DNA from: Chrysemys picta bellii
Taxonomy: Eukaryota
DNA length: 64,000 nucleotides
Direction: 5' to 3'
NCBI RefSeq assembly: GCF_011386835.1
Contig: NC_088798.1
Coordinates: 86,552,001 to 86,616,000, forward strand
In this document: positions 63,606 through 64,000 of the stretch, one piece after another
How the letters are laid out: every line of letters begins with the position of its first letter
How positions within the stretch are numbered: position 1 is the first letter of the stretch
Position numbers and translations under genes: made by a program
Notes under the pieces: generated by a model
The model's input: the letters and a program-made list of their open reading frames with translations, nothing else
What the model was told of the DNA's origin: nothing
The model's database searches: none

Positions 63606-64000
63606 AAAGAATCATTTCACTGCAAGGGAAGGTTTGGTATATTTGGAGTTGCTGTTTGCACATTCATTGCTTCAAAAGTCCTGTGTGAAATCACTGAAAC
63701 TCAAAATACAAGTTGTATTGGTCAGTATCATCTGTTCCATTAGGCCACATGGTTATGTTTCTGTTTACTGATTGGATGAATGTAACTTCAAATCAGCTTT
63801 CTCCTACAAACCCTTATGTTTACGATTAAAAATCAGCAAACACTATTGCAATGGCTCATTAGTACAAGAAAAATATACAAAATCTATAAAGGAAGCATTC
63901 AGAAATGCCAATGTCATCTGAAGGACAAATCACTGGCCCATGTTGATACAATGCTTAAAATAGCATTTCTATATATGTTTCTTTTTAAATAATATTTTTG

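Larger units (their letters stand above)
50429..64000 (+). repeat. Head-to-tail tandem array, unit 5,181 bp (50429-55609, 55610-60790, 60791->64000)
   Basis: All ORFs recur with identical translations at offsets +5181 and +10362; junction ...gttagagtg|GTTTAAAAGCACACTGG resumes inside the transposase; spot-checked nucleotide lines are identical. Confidence 0.97.

Overview
AT-rich vertebrate genomic DNA, most likely from a turtle judging by the repeat families (CR1, L2, MIR, Penelope-like remnants, hAT and Harbinger MITEs, solo LTRs). Positions 1-23.8 kb carry the GABA-A receptor alpha-6 gene (GABRA6) on the minus strand. Coding exons 1-8 are complete with canonical GT-AG sites, and exon 9 runs off the left edge. 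The main finding is a second, diverged 153-nt copy of exon 7 (7b, 18767-18919) lying 80 nt downstream of canonical exon 7a. It has no stops or indels, has intact splice sites in the same phase, and shows heavy synonymous divergence. The 80-nt spacer holds 7 YCAY (NOVA-type) motifs. Together these point to a mutually exclusive exon pair that would swap loop C/beta10, M1 and the start of M2 in alpha-6. Positions 24-48 kb are repeat-rich upstream DNA with no recognisable host gene. A full-length 4,830-bp PIF/Harbinger transposon lies at 48414-53243, with a 432-aa DDE transposase ORF and a spliced Myb/SANT gene carrying a nonsense codon. From 50429 to the window end there is a head-to-tail array of an apparently identical 5,181-bp unit (at least 2.6 copies). 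Each unit is the right 2.8 kb of the transposon plus 2.4 kb of flanking host DNA. All coordinates were derived by hand; no database searches were run.
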